Translations under genes and position numbers: made by a program
The notes under the pieces: generated by a model
Told to the model about the DNA's origin: nothing
The model's database searches: none
Seen by the model: the letters and a program-made list of their open reading frames with translations, nothing else
Shown: in pieces, positions 14,601-27,715 of the stretch
Numbering within the stretch: the stretch's first letter is position 1
Layout: every line of letters starts with the position of its first letter
Source: Malacoraja senta
Lineage: Eukaryota
Direction of reading: 5' to 3'
NCBI GenBank assembly: GCA_038087875.1
Contig: CM075998.1
Span: forward strand, 2,420,001-2,484,000
DNA length: 64,000 nucleotides

Positions 14601-15178
14601 GAAAACAAGGATGAGAATTAAAAAATCAAAGGAACTGCTTAATTATATGATTTATTTTTAAAGTAAAACACTTTCAACACCAAATTAAAAATTGACTCAT
14701 TATAAAGGATTATTATATTATTGTGGTTAACCAGACCCTAGAGCTTGAATTAGGAAACAAGCAGTCTTATTCAGAATGAAACGCAAATTGTAATTCCTGT
14801 GTCTCTTTTCTAAATAAAACCGGGAATTACCAGGAATTTACAGCAAAAAAAACCTCCTGTAGTTAAATAGTGTGGGTGTAGACAGGAAACGGGTCGGAGT
14901 TTTGAAATGTCTGTTTTGGTTGAAAGATTAATCGGCCAAGTGTTTGCGTCAGTGGAGCTGTCCATTTCACACAGGGCTGTCAGTGTGCAGCACCCTGCCC
15001 TGGTGGAAGGGGGTGTTGGGGGAAAGCAAGGGGATGCAGGACGCTCTCAGGGAAGCAGGGATGTGCGTCAGGAAGCGTCGATCATCCCTTCTCATTCTGT
15101 AGTTGCTTTTGTGGCTGTGATCCTCCTTATTGTTCCTTCTTCCTTATCCTGCTGCTTGTCCAGAGTGCTTTAGTCAGG

Positions 15179-15229
15179 ATGAAGCCTAAAAGTGATACAG
15201 AGTGCCCTGTAAAGCCTGGGCGAAGCAGG
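15179..15229 (+). CDS. TNS2: Candidate alternative first coding exon of TNS2 (MKPKSDTECPVKPGRSR)
   Basis: ATG (A at -3) to AGG|gtgagt consensus donor, 17 codons, phase 0; upstream in-frame-free unique sequence 14860-15180. Confidence 0.5.
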
Positions 15230-16249
15230 GTGAGTCTTTCGGCTTTCTATGCCTTTTCTCCTGTCATACGCAGTTGATTCTTGTACTCAGAGGTAGCCTT
15301 TGGTAAATGAAGCATGAAAGACTTGGATTATTTAGAGTCCCTTCCACCCAGTGCATATACTGACTCCTCACCGGGGTTTCAAGGTTTCTGCTTGCCTTGC
15401 AGTCCTTCATCCAGTGATCGATGTTTGGTGTGTTTTTGTGACTGGTTGGGGCATTCCACTTTATCGCAAGGTCCTCTGGCACTTCTGCCACCCCCCAGGT
15501 ACAATTTCCAGCAGACATGACTGGGAACCCAGGCTTTTCGAGGGTGATACCAAGGGAATGGTACATCATCAGAGCTGCTGTCTTTCAGATGTTAAACCAA
15601 GCGCCTGTCAGTCTGTGCAAGTAGGCCTAAGTGATTACGTGGAATAATTCAAAGGAAAGCAAGGATTTATTCTGTTATCTTGATAAATATACCTTCCCCA
15701 ACAGACCAATTGGTAGTTCATCCCATTCGTGGTTTGTTGCATCTTCCTGGTTGTTTTTTGCCCACCAGGTTTCCTACAAGCCAACACCATCAGGGTTTGA
15801 AAGGTTTTGCCGAAAGAGAACACTCTTCTCCAGAACCAGGCTAAGATCAGCTGGGGGTTGAGTCCACAGCACACTTCATAATTCAGCCTGGGTGCAGACT
15901 GAGGAATGGGGCTATTTCCGACTACAGTCGGGTGCAGGAGATAATCCAGGAGTTGTGCATAATTCCTTCTATCTTATTTAAAAGGTGATCGTTCTCTCGC
16001 GCCGTGGTAACGAGCCTGTCATTGCCTCAGTTTATACTGTGATGTTGCCTGTTTCCTCTCCCACTGTAGGAGTGGAGTGCTGTTAATGCGTGATTAGAGG
16101 ATAGAGGTCAGTATGAACAGGACAACTCCTCTATACCCATAGTTCAGCAGTGGGTAAACACCTGACGCAGTGTGGCAGGTGGTTAGTACACTTCTGTTTA
16201 GTTATATCACTGCATTTAACACTATGAAGACCTGGACTGAAAGTGACTT

Positions 16250-16605
16250 TGCTTCCCATTAGCTCATTGTATAACATTCTTACTTCTGGTTCAGAAGGTT
16301 GTGATTTGAATCCCTTTCCAGAGGCTCAAGCTCGTAAACCCAGGCTGCTGGCATGCAGTGTGGTGCTGATGGAGGTGTGTCCTTTGTGGATGGGTCATTA
16401 AAGCAGAGCCCAGCTTGCTCCCTCAGATGGATGCATAGAATTCTACAACCCTTATCACATTGTTGTAGTGGGATCTTGCTGTGTGCAGCATCTGCTGCGG
16501 GGATACATTAATTCAGAAAACACATTTGAAAAAAGTCTCTCCTTAGTTGATGAATGTTTTGGAATTACCTGAGATTGTAAAAAGCCCCAAGGAGATGTGA
16601 GTCTT
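16250..16605 (+). mobile_element. Old Deu-domain (SacSINE1-like) SINE
   Basis: Degenerate homology to 3800-4150 and 59420-60200. Confidence 0.55.
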
Positions 16606-17334
16606 CTCTTTTCAGCCATCTTATACCCCATTCTGTGTCAGATTTTACCCCCACAGATAGTGGCTCTCTGGCTGTGGGTATTTGTGTGATCACATTCACG
16701 CCACCTGTTCTCTTGTGTTTGCTTTGACATTGAACGGAAACAGAAATAGTCCCATTAAGAACAGGCTAAATATTGTTCTGAATGCAGTGCACTTCCTGCC
16801 ATCCGGTAGCACAAAGCCACACATGACAATTAAAGGACAACAGGCAGCTTTTCCAGCATCGCTCTGAATTGTTTTAAGCTCAGTTTGAGAATAGCCTTTG
16901 TTTCTTGGAGGAGTCCAGTTGCAACTTTGTGCCCAAATTTTGAGCCCGTTTTGTGCCTCGTGGGCTCTTGACGAGCTGCGATGAGGTGTGATGCACTGCA
17001 GGCAGATCTGGAGCCCAAGTCCATTTGTCCTTGAATATCAGAGACAAAGTTCAAGGTGAGAACTTTTTTGTGAGGGTGACCATGGCTGTCCAGAATGGAA
17101 AATAAAGGAGTGTAGTGTGTGCAAGCGTGCAGAATATGTTGATGTGCACCTGTTTGTATGTCTGTGAGCCCTTGAGTGTGACAAGGAGCTATGTGTGTGA
17201 GCATGAGCACATGTGGTCCCAAGCATGAGATAAGTGAGTATGAGCACTCCTTGCTAATGTGAGCATGAAGTGAGTGTCAGCACACAAGTGTGAACGTGAG
17301 GAGCGTATCGTATATCAGCGTGCATGCAAGTGTG

Positions 17335-18205
17335 AGCATTTTGGGAAGACTAATAATGGTAGGAAATACACAGTGAATGGTAGGTCCCAAGGAAGGGCTG
17401 AGGAACAGAGGGACCTTCGTGGTTTCTGAAGGTGGCAGCACAGGTAGATGAAGAAGTGATGAAGAAAGGCAGACGGGATACTTGCCTTCAGTAGTAGATG
17501 GAGCAGATTATGGTACAACTTTATAGAACGTTGGTTCGGCGGCAGCTGGAGTATGTGTGCAGTTTTGGTCACCGGACAACACGAAGGATGTGAAAATCTG
17601 CAGATCCTGAAAATCTGAAACAAAAACAAAAAGTGCTGGAAGCACCAACAGTTTAGGCAGCATCTGCAAAAGCAAAACAGAGTTAACATTTCAGGTCCAA
17701 GATTCTTCATCAGAGTAGGAACGATATGATTCCACCGGAGAGGGTGCAGAAGAGATTTGCCAGGATGTTGTATGAGATGGAGTGTTCCGTTTATGAGGAA
17801 AGACTGGATAAGCAGGGTTTGTTTCCTTTGAAGTGGAGGAGGCTCATGGGGAACCTGATAGATAAAATTATGAGGGGCATGGAGAGCGTAGATTGGAAGA
17901 AACTCTTCCCTATAGCAGAGGTGCTACAAATCAGAGGGCATTTGTTTAGGGTAGGAGGTTTAAAGAGGATCTGAGGAAGAATTCTTTCACCCGAGGGGTG
18001 GCTGGAATCTGAAACACACTGCCTGAGGGGAAGGTGGAGGCAGAGAGTCTTACAACATTTAATAAGCATCTGCATGAGCACTTGAATTACCGAGGCATTG
18101 AAGGATACGGATCAAGTGCTGTTAAATGCGACTAGTGTTTATGGGTGCTTGATGGTCTGCATGGGTAATGTGGGCCGAGGGGCCTGTTTCTGTGTTGTAT
18201 AGCTT
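17335..18205 (+). mobile_element. CR1-type LINE 3' fragment interrupted by a Penelope-terminus fragment (~17590-17714)
   Basis: ERVQKRFARML...YEERLDKQGLFPLKWRRLMGNLI CR1 C-terminus; 3' tail gggccgaggggcctgtttctgtgttgtat. Confidence 0.8.
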
Positions 18206-19147
18206 AAATTGTGAGCATGTGAGTGAGGCATGCAACAGCATATAACTGTATATAAATAGACCCATTGTTTCTGCCTGCTCCTGCCCCACAGATCTTGATG
18301 CCATCTTATCCCCACTTGACTAGTCCCTTCCAACCTACATCCGAGACACCTTGCACTCCCTTCAACTCTTCAAAAACAATGCAGATGTTGACAAAAACTC
18401 CTGAAAATAATTTGTGGGGCAGGCAGCACTGTGGACAGAGAAGCAGGGGTAACATTTTAGGTCATTAACCCTTTATGAGAACTGAAACAAAGTTAGAAAC
18501 CTTTTCTGATTAAAGGTAATTGACCAGAAACACTACTTGTTTTTTCCACAGATGCTGTCTGACCTTCTGAATTTCCGTCATTTTGTTTTATTTCAGCAAA
18601 ATCAGTGTACTTCCTGTTAAATCCCCCTTCAAACCCTGCAAACTGAATCAACTTTTCTTCTCATTTCTATGGAATACAGCCTTTGTTTGTGTAACCTTGT
18701 CTGAGAATTGAAACTTTGGAATTCAGATAACATTCTGGGAAACATGCACTTCCCACCCTCTAAAGCTTCGGTAAGGAGGTGGAAAGCTGAGATTCTGCTG
18801 ACAAGTGGCACACGTTACAATCTGGGAAGTTATTTGTCCCAAGTTGCTCATGGTCTTTATTCAGTGAGCAGTGTGGACTGGCATGGGTTATAAGGTTCAC
18901 TCCCTGCGATGGCCTTCAACAGTGAAGCCATTTGGGTCAGGCTTAATGCTGATGTGTTCGGGATGAGGACGGGGCACTTATCTTTGCCTAGATTTTGAAT
19001 TTTGACAGCTGCAATGCCCTCACAGTCGAATAGTTCAACTGGCAACAGCATTGCTGGCATTTCTGAAAATGTCTGAAACTGGCCTTTCTGCTGGAACCAG
19101 CGCTGGAGAACACCCCCACCCCAGAACAGCCAAGCGGAGATAGGAAG

Positions 19148-19617
19148 GTGTGTGGGATGTCAGGACTTTCATATGAAGAAAGACTGGATAGACTTGGCTT
19201 ATACTCGCTAGAATTTAGGAGATTGAGAGGGGATCTTATAGAAACTTACAAAATTCTTATGGGGTTGGACAGGCTAGATGCAGGAAGATTGTTCCCGATG
19301 TGGGGAAGTCCAGGACAAGGGGTCACGGCTTAAGGATAAGGGGGAAATCCTTTAAGACCGAGATGAGATAAAACTTTTTCACACAGAGAGTGGTGAATCT
19401 CTGGAACTCTCTGCCACAGAGGGTAGTTGAGGCCAGTTCATTGGCTATATTTAAGAGGGAGTTAGATGTGGCCCTTGTGGCTAAAGGGATCAGGGGGTAT
19501 GGAGAGAAGGCAGATACGGGATACTGAGTTGGATGATCAGCCATGATCATATTGAATGGCGGTGCAGGCTCGAAGGGCCGAATGGCCTACTCCTGCACCT
19601 ATTTTCTATGTATCTAT
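19148..19617 (+). mobile_element. Young CR1/HER1 LINE 3' end
   Basis: GLSYEERLDRLGLYSLEFRRLRGDLIETYKIL; tail ggccgaatggcctactcctgcacctattttctatg. Confidence 0.9.
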
Positions 19618-21699
19618 GTGTGGGGCCGTGGGGAGGGGTGCGGCTGCCGGAGAGGGTTTCAGGGATCGGGAAAGGGGAGCAGGGAGAGGAAACAATGAAG
19701 GGAGTTCAGAACCGTGAGAGGTGAAGGGACTGGAGGGGGTCAGAGATATAGGAAAGGGTGTAGACTAGAGGCAAATCGGGTAACAGTGACGGGCATACAG
19801 AGATAGAGACCAAACAGGATTGCAGCTAGAGAAGGTGTGGTTAGAGATAGGGACGTGGGGGGCGAACAAGCTGAGAGATATAGAGGAAGGCTGGGGGTTG
19901 TTAGAGCACTAGGGAGTTGTGGGGACTGAGGAAACGGAGACATTATGGAGGAATTTGATACCAAAGATAAGGATTTTAATTGTGGATGTGTTGCTGAAAT
20001 GGGACCTGATGTCGGTCAGAGGCTACGCGCATTCGGACATGGACAGCAGATCAGAATAAGGTCAGGCTATGGGGGTTGGAAATTGAAGGCCGACCGGAAA
20101 ACTCAACAAATTCGGACCTGGAAAGGCGGGTCTACTTTCGCCTCCCACCTTTGAGCCGCGTTACTTTTTACTCGCTCTCATTGCCGTGTTTGGAAAGTCT
20201 GGTGTTATTCTGAGTCGCTGCAGTTGCCAGCCAGCGCAGTAGGTGGTGCAATTTCCCTAATCTGGCGCATTTCCTCGGAATAATGGAGCATATGCGGTCA
20301 GGTTGCGGGAAAAATCAAACCAGGTTGTAATGGGTTGTGGGGACTCGTCTCACTGAGAGACGCATGTGGTGTTCGCAGCACCATTGCCTAACATGTACGT
20401 GGCATTTACAAATCATCCTAAAACTCGAGTAAAACACAAAGTGCTGGAATAAATCAGAGGATCAGGCAGCATCTGTGGAAGGAATGGATAGGGAATGTCC
20501 ATGTCCTCCACAAATGCTGCCTGACCCGCTGAGTTCCTCCAGCACTTTGTGTTTTACTCAAGATGCCAGAATCTGCAGTTCCTTGTGCATCCTAAGACAA
20601 TTCTCCGATCACATCGGGAACTTGGTTGGTACCAACTTTGAGGGAGAATGTGAAGAGGTGCTCCATAGCTTGGCTGGAAGGGTCAGTTTTAAGGAGTGGT
20701 TTAAAGGAAACGAGAGAGTCGGGGAGTTTCGGAGCTTCAGCGAGCACAAGGGGGTGGGCCTACTCCAGAACCCAAGCCACGGGGACATTGGGCGAGGCTA
20801 CGGGACAGAGATGGCAAGGCGAGGTCAGAAGGACGGGGTCTGTCGTTGCAAGAATCAGAATTGTGACATATTCGTTAATTGCTTCTGGAAGAAATCAGCA
20901 ACAACTTTTACCATCACAACGTTTCCTACGACGCCACACGGGAGTGTTACAAAAAGACACGCTGATTACCATAGAGTGCCAACTGTCCATTACACAAAGC
21001 AATAACAAATTGGAAGATATCTATAGCACAAAAGGAGGCCCTTCAACCCACTGTGCCCCTGCTGGTCAAAGAGGCACCCATTTTAGTCCCAGTTCTCAGC
21101 GGTACCACGACAGATTACAATGTTTCACGGAGTCATCCAGGTTATTTTTAAAATGTGAAGGTTCATTTCTTCACAGCCCTTTCATGCTGTGTATTCTGGA
21201 TCCTCAGCACATGTCTAGTTAAATATCCTTTCGACTCCCCCTATTTCTTCTATTCGTTGCCTTTGATCAAAGCTTCAAGTTACTGACCTCTCTGCTAAGG
21301 GAAATTGGTCCTTTTCTGTTTACCCAGTTGAGGCCTCCCATCATTTTATACACCTCGATTAAATCTCCATTCACCCGCCTCTGTTCCAAGGAAAACAAAC
21401 GCAGCCTGGCTAAACTCCTCATCCAATATTTTGGAGACATCCATCTGTTTGTTTTTAATATGGTAACCAATTATTTCAACATTTCAATTTCAAAATGAGT
21501 AATTGATAGTACTATTGTGCGATTATAAAAATAGCATTACAGCCTCATAGCATTTGCCCACGTACTGTTGATGGAGTAATTTATCAATTTGTGGTTAGAG
21601 CCAGCGTTTGATCTATTTCTTGAATCTGTGAAGGGAAGAGATCATCCTTTGTAGGTTCCTCTCGCAAGATAACTAACATTTTCACTCATTCCGTTCATT

Positions 21700-21975
21700 G
21701 GGCAGCACAGTGGTGCAGCTGGAAGAGTCTCTGCCTCACTACATCAGAGACCCGGGTTTTATCCCAGCCTCAAGTGCTCTCTGTGCAGAGTTTGCACGTC
21801 CTCCCTGTGACGGCATGGGTTTCCTCCGGGTCTTCTCCCACATCCCAAAGACGTGCGGGTTTGTAGATTAATTGCCGCTCTGTAAATTGCCCCCTAGTGT
21901 GTTGGCAGTGGATGAGAAAGTGGGAAACCAGAACTAGTGTGAACGGGTGATCAGTGGTCAGTGTGGACTCGGTGC
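21700..21975 (+). mobile_element. HE1-type tRNA-derived V-SINE
   Basis: tRNA-like head (ggtgcagctgg...gacccgggtttt), central gagtttgcacgt...ggtttcctcc, tail homologous to CR1 3' end. Confidence 0.8.
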
Positions 21976-22678
21976 CGCTTGATGCCCTGTGCTTTCACTG
22001 TATCAAGTGTCTGTGTCGGGTAAAGCACTGAGTAGAACTATCAGGTCCTTTTTCATGACAAAAGCTACCGGGCGCCTGGACGAAATGCTTCTAAGTGAGG
22101 AGCCAGCAGCTGGAGAGTGCAGGCTACAGAGCAAAGTAAAACACAAATAAACCTTATAAAGGCAATAGCCTTTCTCAAATAACCTAAAAGAAAAATAAGG
22201 AGCCACGTCATATGCAAGCAATGAGATTTAATGAACCTTGATCTGGAAATCCTAACAGTGGCGTCTTTGACCAGTTTAGGCCCATATGCAATCCTTTCAC
22301 TCTACCCAATTTCATCTCAACATTCTTGAAGGTGAAGCACTCCACACAAGGCCTGCCAGTGATGGCTTGGTCTGTTGTTTTTGGCTCTGCGATCTTCTGC
22401 TGCAGCTTGGCCCCGGCCCCTTTGCCGATGAATGCTCTTTCTGTTTCCTCTCGGCCAGGGTGTGGCTGCGACTTTTCCCGTCGTGAGCAATGTGCAGCAG
22501 TGACACAGGGCCACTTTGTTGCCTTGTGGGTGGAGGTGCGCTTGTGGAGAGGCTAGGCCCCGGCTATAAAAAAGGTGCTTGTTTGTATGTTTGTACAGAC
22601 CCTGCTGCACTCATGAACCAAAAAAAGTTTGAGGGCTGAAGGAAGGAGGGGTACAGAGGGACAAACTGTTAATAATTT

Positions 22679-22878
22679 NNNNNNNNNNNNNNNNNNNNNN
22701 NNNNNNNNNNNNNNNNNNNNNNNNNNNNNNNNNNNNNNNNNNNNNNNNNNNNNNNNNNNNNNNNNNNNNNNNNNNNNNNNNNNNNNNNNNNNNNNNNNNN
22801 NNNNNNNNNNNNNNNNNNNNNNNNNNNNNNNNNNNNNNNNNNNNNNNNNNNNNNNNNNNNNNNNNNNNNNNNNNNNNN
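22679..22878. other. Assembly gap (200 N)
   Basis: Run of N; true length unknown. Confidence 1.
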
Positions 22879-23479
22879 CGTTTCGGCCCGAAATGTGCCT
22901 ATTTCCCAAGGTTTCGGCCCGAAACGTTGCCTATTTCCTTCGCTCCATAGAATGCTGCTGCACCCGCTGAGTTTCTCCAGCACTTTTGTCTACCTTCGAT
23001 TTTCCAGCATCTGCAGTTCCTTCTTAAATGCTAGTTCTCTTCAGTGACTTTTCTGTGGCTGGCAGACAAACCACTACTGACCAGCCACCTTCTACTAAAG
23101 ACCCCAGATACCTGGGCAGGAGAGTGAAGGACATCTCTTTCATGTGTCACCTAAGTGGTCAATAAATGCAGAAGACTGCACGTTGAAATGTCTACCTACA
23201 GTGCACGCATTTTCCATTTAAAGTCTCGGCTAAAGTTCCACACTTAAATTTAGCCAAGAAGCTGCACCTATGTTAACAATAGATGTACACAAACTGACTC
23301 CACTGACGTTTTCATGAGGGAAATTTAATCTAACAATTAGTGTGAAGATTTGATTAGCGTGTCCGGCTTAATATGTTGCTGACATGGATATTGAATTATT
23401 AATTCAACTCCACAAAGAGTAGGAGTTATTCCTGGAGCTTGTATGATTTTTAAATTTTTTTTTTTTAATGTCTGTGTTT

Positions 23480-23743
23480 CTCTTGCCGCCGTGCCTCGAG
23501 AAGGGGCACCTTATCAGCTAGTTTCCTCCACTTCCTTGTGTGCCAGCCAGGGTAATGGTTGTGTGGACAGAAGTGTTTTCTTGGCAGAGTGCAAGCTCGA
23601 CCGAGGCAGAGAGGCCAAGCCTGCCGCTGCTCTCCAACGCCGGAGCGGCACAGCCGCCTTACAAACGCACTTTGTGCTGCTCCACACACACACAGACAGA
23701 CCTTCAGTGTTCCACTTTGCTCCTTGTAGTGTGAGGAGGAAGG

Positions 23744-23774
<31 letters not shown>

Positions 23775-23930
23775 AAAAAAATTCCACCGAGCCTTGCAGA
23801 CTGCAGAATGTCGACCCTGCAGCAAGCCCCAGGAACAGAGGCTGTGCCTCAGGTAACTGCTCTGTGGGAGGAGTGGGAGGAAGGGGGGGGGGGGGGTGGG
23901 GGGGTGGGTGAGTTTAGGGTGGGGTTGCTG
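23480..23930 (+). promoter_or_regulatory. Putative promoter/5'UTR of a TNS2 isoform
   Basis: Unique, GC/CpG-enriched sequence with (CA)n and (GA)n tracts upstream of the candidate ATG; G-run cluster 23866-23924 downstream of the donor. Confidence 0.4.
23808..23852 (+). CDS. TNS2: Candidate alternative first coding exon of TNS2 (MSTLQQAPGTEAVPQ)
   Basis: ATG (A at -3) to CAG|gtaact, 15 codons, phase 0 compatible with exon 32170; lies in a repeat-free, CpG-containing stretch followed by a G-rich intron start. Confidence 0.55.
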
Positions 23931-26900
23931 TTTTTATTCCAAAAAAAATAAACCCAGGGCTTTGCTGCTGTGAGCTTGCGTCAGGACGGGAGATTGAGGA
24001 ATTCTTAAAAGCTCTGTGACTTGTAAATGTGGCCCAGGAGAGCGAGTGTTTGGGAGTGTTTTAACTCTTTTGGACTGCTTTGTGAAGGGGAGCAAGGTTT
24101 ATGTACTGACATGCTCGCATTCTGGAAGTGCATGCTTGCTGTTAATAGCAGTGCCTGACAGGATGCTTTGGAAATTCTTCTGCACGACGAAAGCAGTGTC
24201 CTGGTGAAACCGACTCTCATGGTAATTCCACAGACTTAATCTTGACTCTTGTTGCACTTGTGCTGTTTGTAAAATTGCTGCTTTCTCTGCTCGACGGGAC
24301 ATCTCGGTGAGGTGGGTCTGTGAAGAGGGATAGCAGCTCTAAGGCTGCAAGGGATTAATCATTAAACTAGGTGAGCGAGGTAGGAGCGTTTAGTTTGTTT
24401 TGCTGTGTTTTCTGTCAGCATGCCAGTGGTAGATGGAACATGAGGCACATAGGAGTTGACATCAAATCTCCCCATGGCCTACTGGGGAATTGTCCCTCTG
24501 ACTCGAGGGTTCAGAGACAAAAGTGGGACCTGGGGGGTTGATCCGACAGAAGCGGGGATCTTGCCTTGAAGCAAATGTAAATGTGTGCAGGTGGCATGTT
24601 TGTCAGCGAGCTGTGGGCAAGAGGGCAGAGGAGGTTTCCTTTCCTTGCGTTTGCAGGGTTGGGTATATGAGGACGCATCCAACTTGTAAATGTCACCTTC
24701 CTTGCCGGTGTGAAAGCAGGACACTCACTACCTGTTGCAATGTGTTTTGCTAATGATACCAATGTGGTAGCACTTGGCTTCTGTGGGCACTAGAGTATAT
24801 ATTAAAAAATTAAAAAAAGTACTGGAAGAATTCGGCAGGTAGGCAGCATCTGTGGAAGGTAATGGACAGACGACGGGGTGGGTCATTTCTGACTGAAGAA
24901 GGATCCCGACCCAAAACGTCGTCTGTCCATTTTCCTCCACAGATGTTGCCTGACCCGCTGGGTTCCTCCAGCACGTTGCGTTTTGCTCCAGATTGCAGCA
25001 CCTGCAGTTCCTTGTGTCCCGGTGGGTACTAATTGTTTGCTCGTGCTCTGGCAACTTGCTATTCTTTGCCACCCTGTACTGGGATGATGGAACAGGAGAT
25101 TGATTTCCCAGGATGCTAAAAAAAGTCCTGCGGTCCTCGTTGAAGAACCATGAACAGCCTGGGAAGAGGTGAGGGTGGAGGGAGAGGGGGTGGGGGATGG
25201 AGGCTACTGGGTTAAAACGATCGATCCTGTCCTTATGAAATCCTTTTCAAGCCCTCTCCTGGCTATCATCGTTTTTTTGTTGTTGAAGGGTATTACTGTT
25301 GTCTTAGTTATAAAAGGGCCTCTCTCACTCTGAATGGGCGAGGTCCTCTTTAAGCCACTACAGTGCCTTCATTATATCACTGGGATGGAAACTGTTACTG
25401 TAGCCTTGACATGAGACCTGTTACACAATGTGGGCATTTTTTTCCCCCTGAAATTCCCTCTGATTTATTGCCGTAGGGCACCTTTGTAAAGAATGGGTGG
25501 ATTTTTCAGTACATTAAATGCATTAGTCATAAATGTATGACATACTGCCAAAAATCACGTAATAGGCCCTATTGAAATCTAAGCTGGGATGATTTCTTCT
25601 TCTTTCATGGAAAATTAAATCCTTCTCATTAACCCTTTCCTTGGCGCAGACCTCTGTTCACCAGGCTGGCGCTCCATGCAAGCCTGTTGAGATCAACGAA
25701 AGCCCACGTTCCATCTCTCGGGCCTGTGATGGGCCCAATAATTTCTTTCTCAGGGAAGATTGGATAGAGTTCAGAAGCAGCTGAGTTCTCGGGAAGAGAA
25801 GGAGGCCAGTGGGATGTGTGTGTTCAACTGCCCCTTGCGAACAGATTGCTCGGAGGTCAGTGCACCAAGCGACGGTTGTGGCTGACAGAATTTCTCTTTG
25901 TTGCACATTAAGGTTTCTCCATGTGGTCCCAACACGGTCCTTGTATTTCACTGCATCAAGACAAGTTATACCATCTGGCAAATGCTTCTATGTTAGGTTC
26001 ATAGAGGTATCAGCAAGAAAGGAAGGAAGCAAGGATGTTATATTGAACCTTTATAAAATACTAGTCCAACCACTGGATTATTGTCGAGGAAGGAACTGCA
26101 GATGCTGATTTGCACCGGAGATAGACACAAAATGCTGGTGTAACTCAACGGGACAGGCAGCATCTCTGGAGAGAAGGAATGGGTGACGTTTCGGGTCGAG
26201 ACCCTTCTTCAGAAGGAATGGGTGATAATTTGGGTCAAGACCCTTCTTCAGAAACGTCACCCATTCCTTCTCTACAGTGATGCTGCTTGTCCCGCTGAGT
26301 TACTCCAGCATTTTGTGTCAAGCAGGGACAGTGTGTAGCAGGAGCAGGACCTACTATAGTGGCCATTATGAAAAATGCAGGACTTGATACTGGTACAGCA
26401 GGACTTTGAAAGCATTGCTGAGGGAAAGGAATGAAGACGGTTTAGTCCACATCTTGTCTGTCTTTTAGCCAAGGGGACAGTCTTATAAAATTCACTAAAA
26501 TTGCCTTTTGTTGTCTGTTTATTATGGACCCCTGGAGGTTAAAGATGTTCTGCAGCAATCTCTGCTTGCCGCAAAGTGGCAGCAGATTCGGAGAAGTGAA
26601 CTTGGCGGATTAGCTCGGAGGCCTTTTCGGGGCAAGAATTGGCCTTCATGTTCTGTACCAGTGCTGCCCTGTTGCTGCTGTGCGTGAGGGACAGTGGATA
26701 AGTGCGTTAATGAGACCTCTGCATCTGCCAGCAACATCTGGTTGTAAAGGCCCCATGGGTGATCTGAGGCAACAGCTGCTGACACCATTCACTCTGAGAG
26801 GTCAAAGGAGGACCAGGTGGTTAAGGCCCTTTGTACCAGAGGAAGCCTTAAGGGGAAAGGAAAGTGTTGGAACTGAAATCTTCCCACATAAATTTGGACT

Positions 26901-27231
26901 TGAAAACAACAAGCAGTCACAATATCCAAGTTACTGCATTTTATAACATTAGGGCTAAGATGCTGGGTGTACCTTGTGATTGATGCCACCTTATGTTACC
27001 CTTGCTCCTGACATCCAAAAAGCTTTTATTTAACGTACGATCAATCCATGTTTCCAATTGTTTCATGCCTTTCGTGGGTGAAAGGATGTTGAGTGTGAGG
27101 CAGATGGCAAACACAGTGAGCTGTGCCCATCCCTGCGGGCGGAGAGATGCTTTCAGCCGCCCAACCCCGTTCCTGTTTCCTCCAATGAATGTGACAGGAG
27201 GCATGGCTGCAAGCCTTGTTCTGTTCTGAAT

Positions 27232-27715
27232 TTGCGGAGGCTTGGCGATCGTTTCGCCGAACACCTCCGCTCGGTCCACATTAACCAACCTGATCTCCCG
27301 GTGGCTCAGCACTTCAACTCCCCCCTCCCATTCCGAATCCGACCTCTCTGTCCCGGGTCTCCTCCATGGCCAGAGTGAGCACCACGGGAAATTGGAGGAA
27401 CAGCACCTCATATTCCGCTTGGGCAGTCTGCACCCTAGTGGCATAAACATTGACCTCCAATTTCCGGTAGCCCTTGCTGTATCCTCCCCTTCTCAGCTCT
27501 CCCTCAGCCCTCGGGCTCCTCCTCTTCCTTTTTCCTTTCTTTTCCCCGCCCCCCCCCCCCCCCCCCCCCACCCGCCCTCCATCAGTCTGAAGAAGGGTTT
27601 CGGCCCGAAACGTTGCCTATTTCCTTCGCTCCATAGATGCTGCTGCACCCGCTGAGTTTCTCCAGCACTTTTGTCTACCTTCGATTTTCCAGCATCTGCA
27701 GTTCCTTCTTAAACA
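27232..27715 (+). mobile_element. Penelope-like element 3' fragment
   Basis: RLGDRFAEHLRS ... HSESDLSVPGLLHGQSEHHGKLEEQHLIFRLGSLHPSGINID plus terminal repeat. Confidence 0.88.

Noticed and set aside
21600..21700. Possible ancient L1/Tx1 RT remnant on - strand (NGMSENVSYLARGTYKG*SLP)
   Set aside because: Only loose resemblance to RGTRQGCPLSP; too short to call without an HMM search
22553..22983. ORFs containing X runs
   Set aside because: They span the assembly gap
25809..26108. MGCVCS... ORF as a myristoylated tensin N-terminus
   Set aside because: Start codon is GTG, I found no suitable phase-0 donor, and the ORF runs into repeats
26085..26320. Recurring short repeat as a CRISPR-like array
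   Set aside because: Dispersed, in both orientations, with no regular spacers; it is the Penelope terminal repeat in a vertebrate genome
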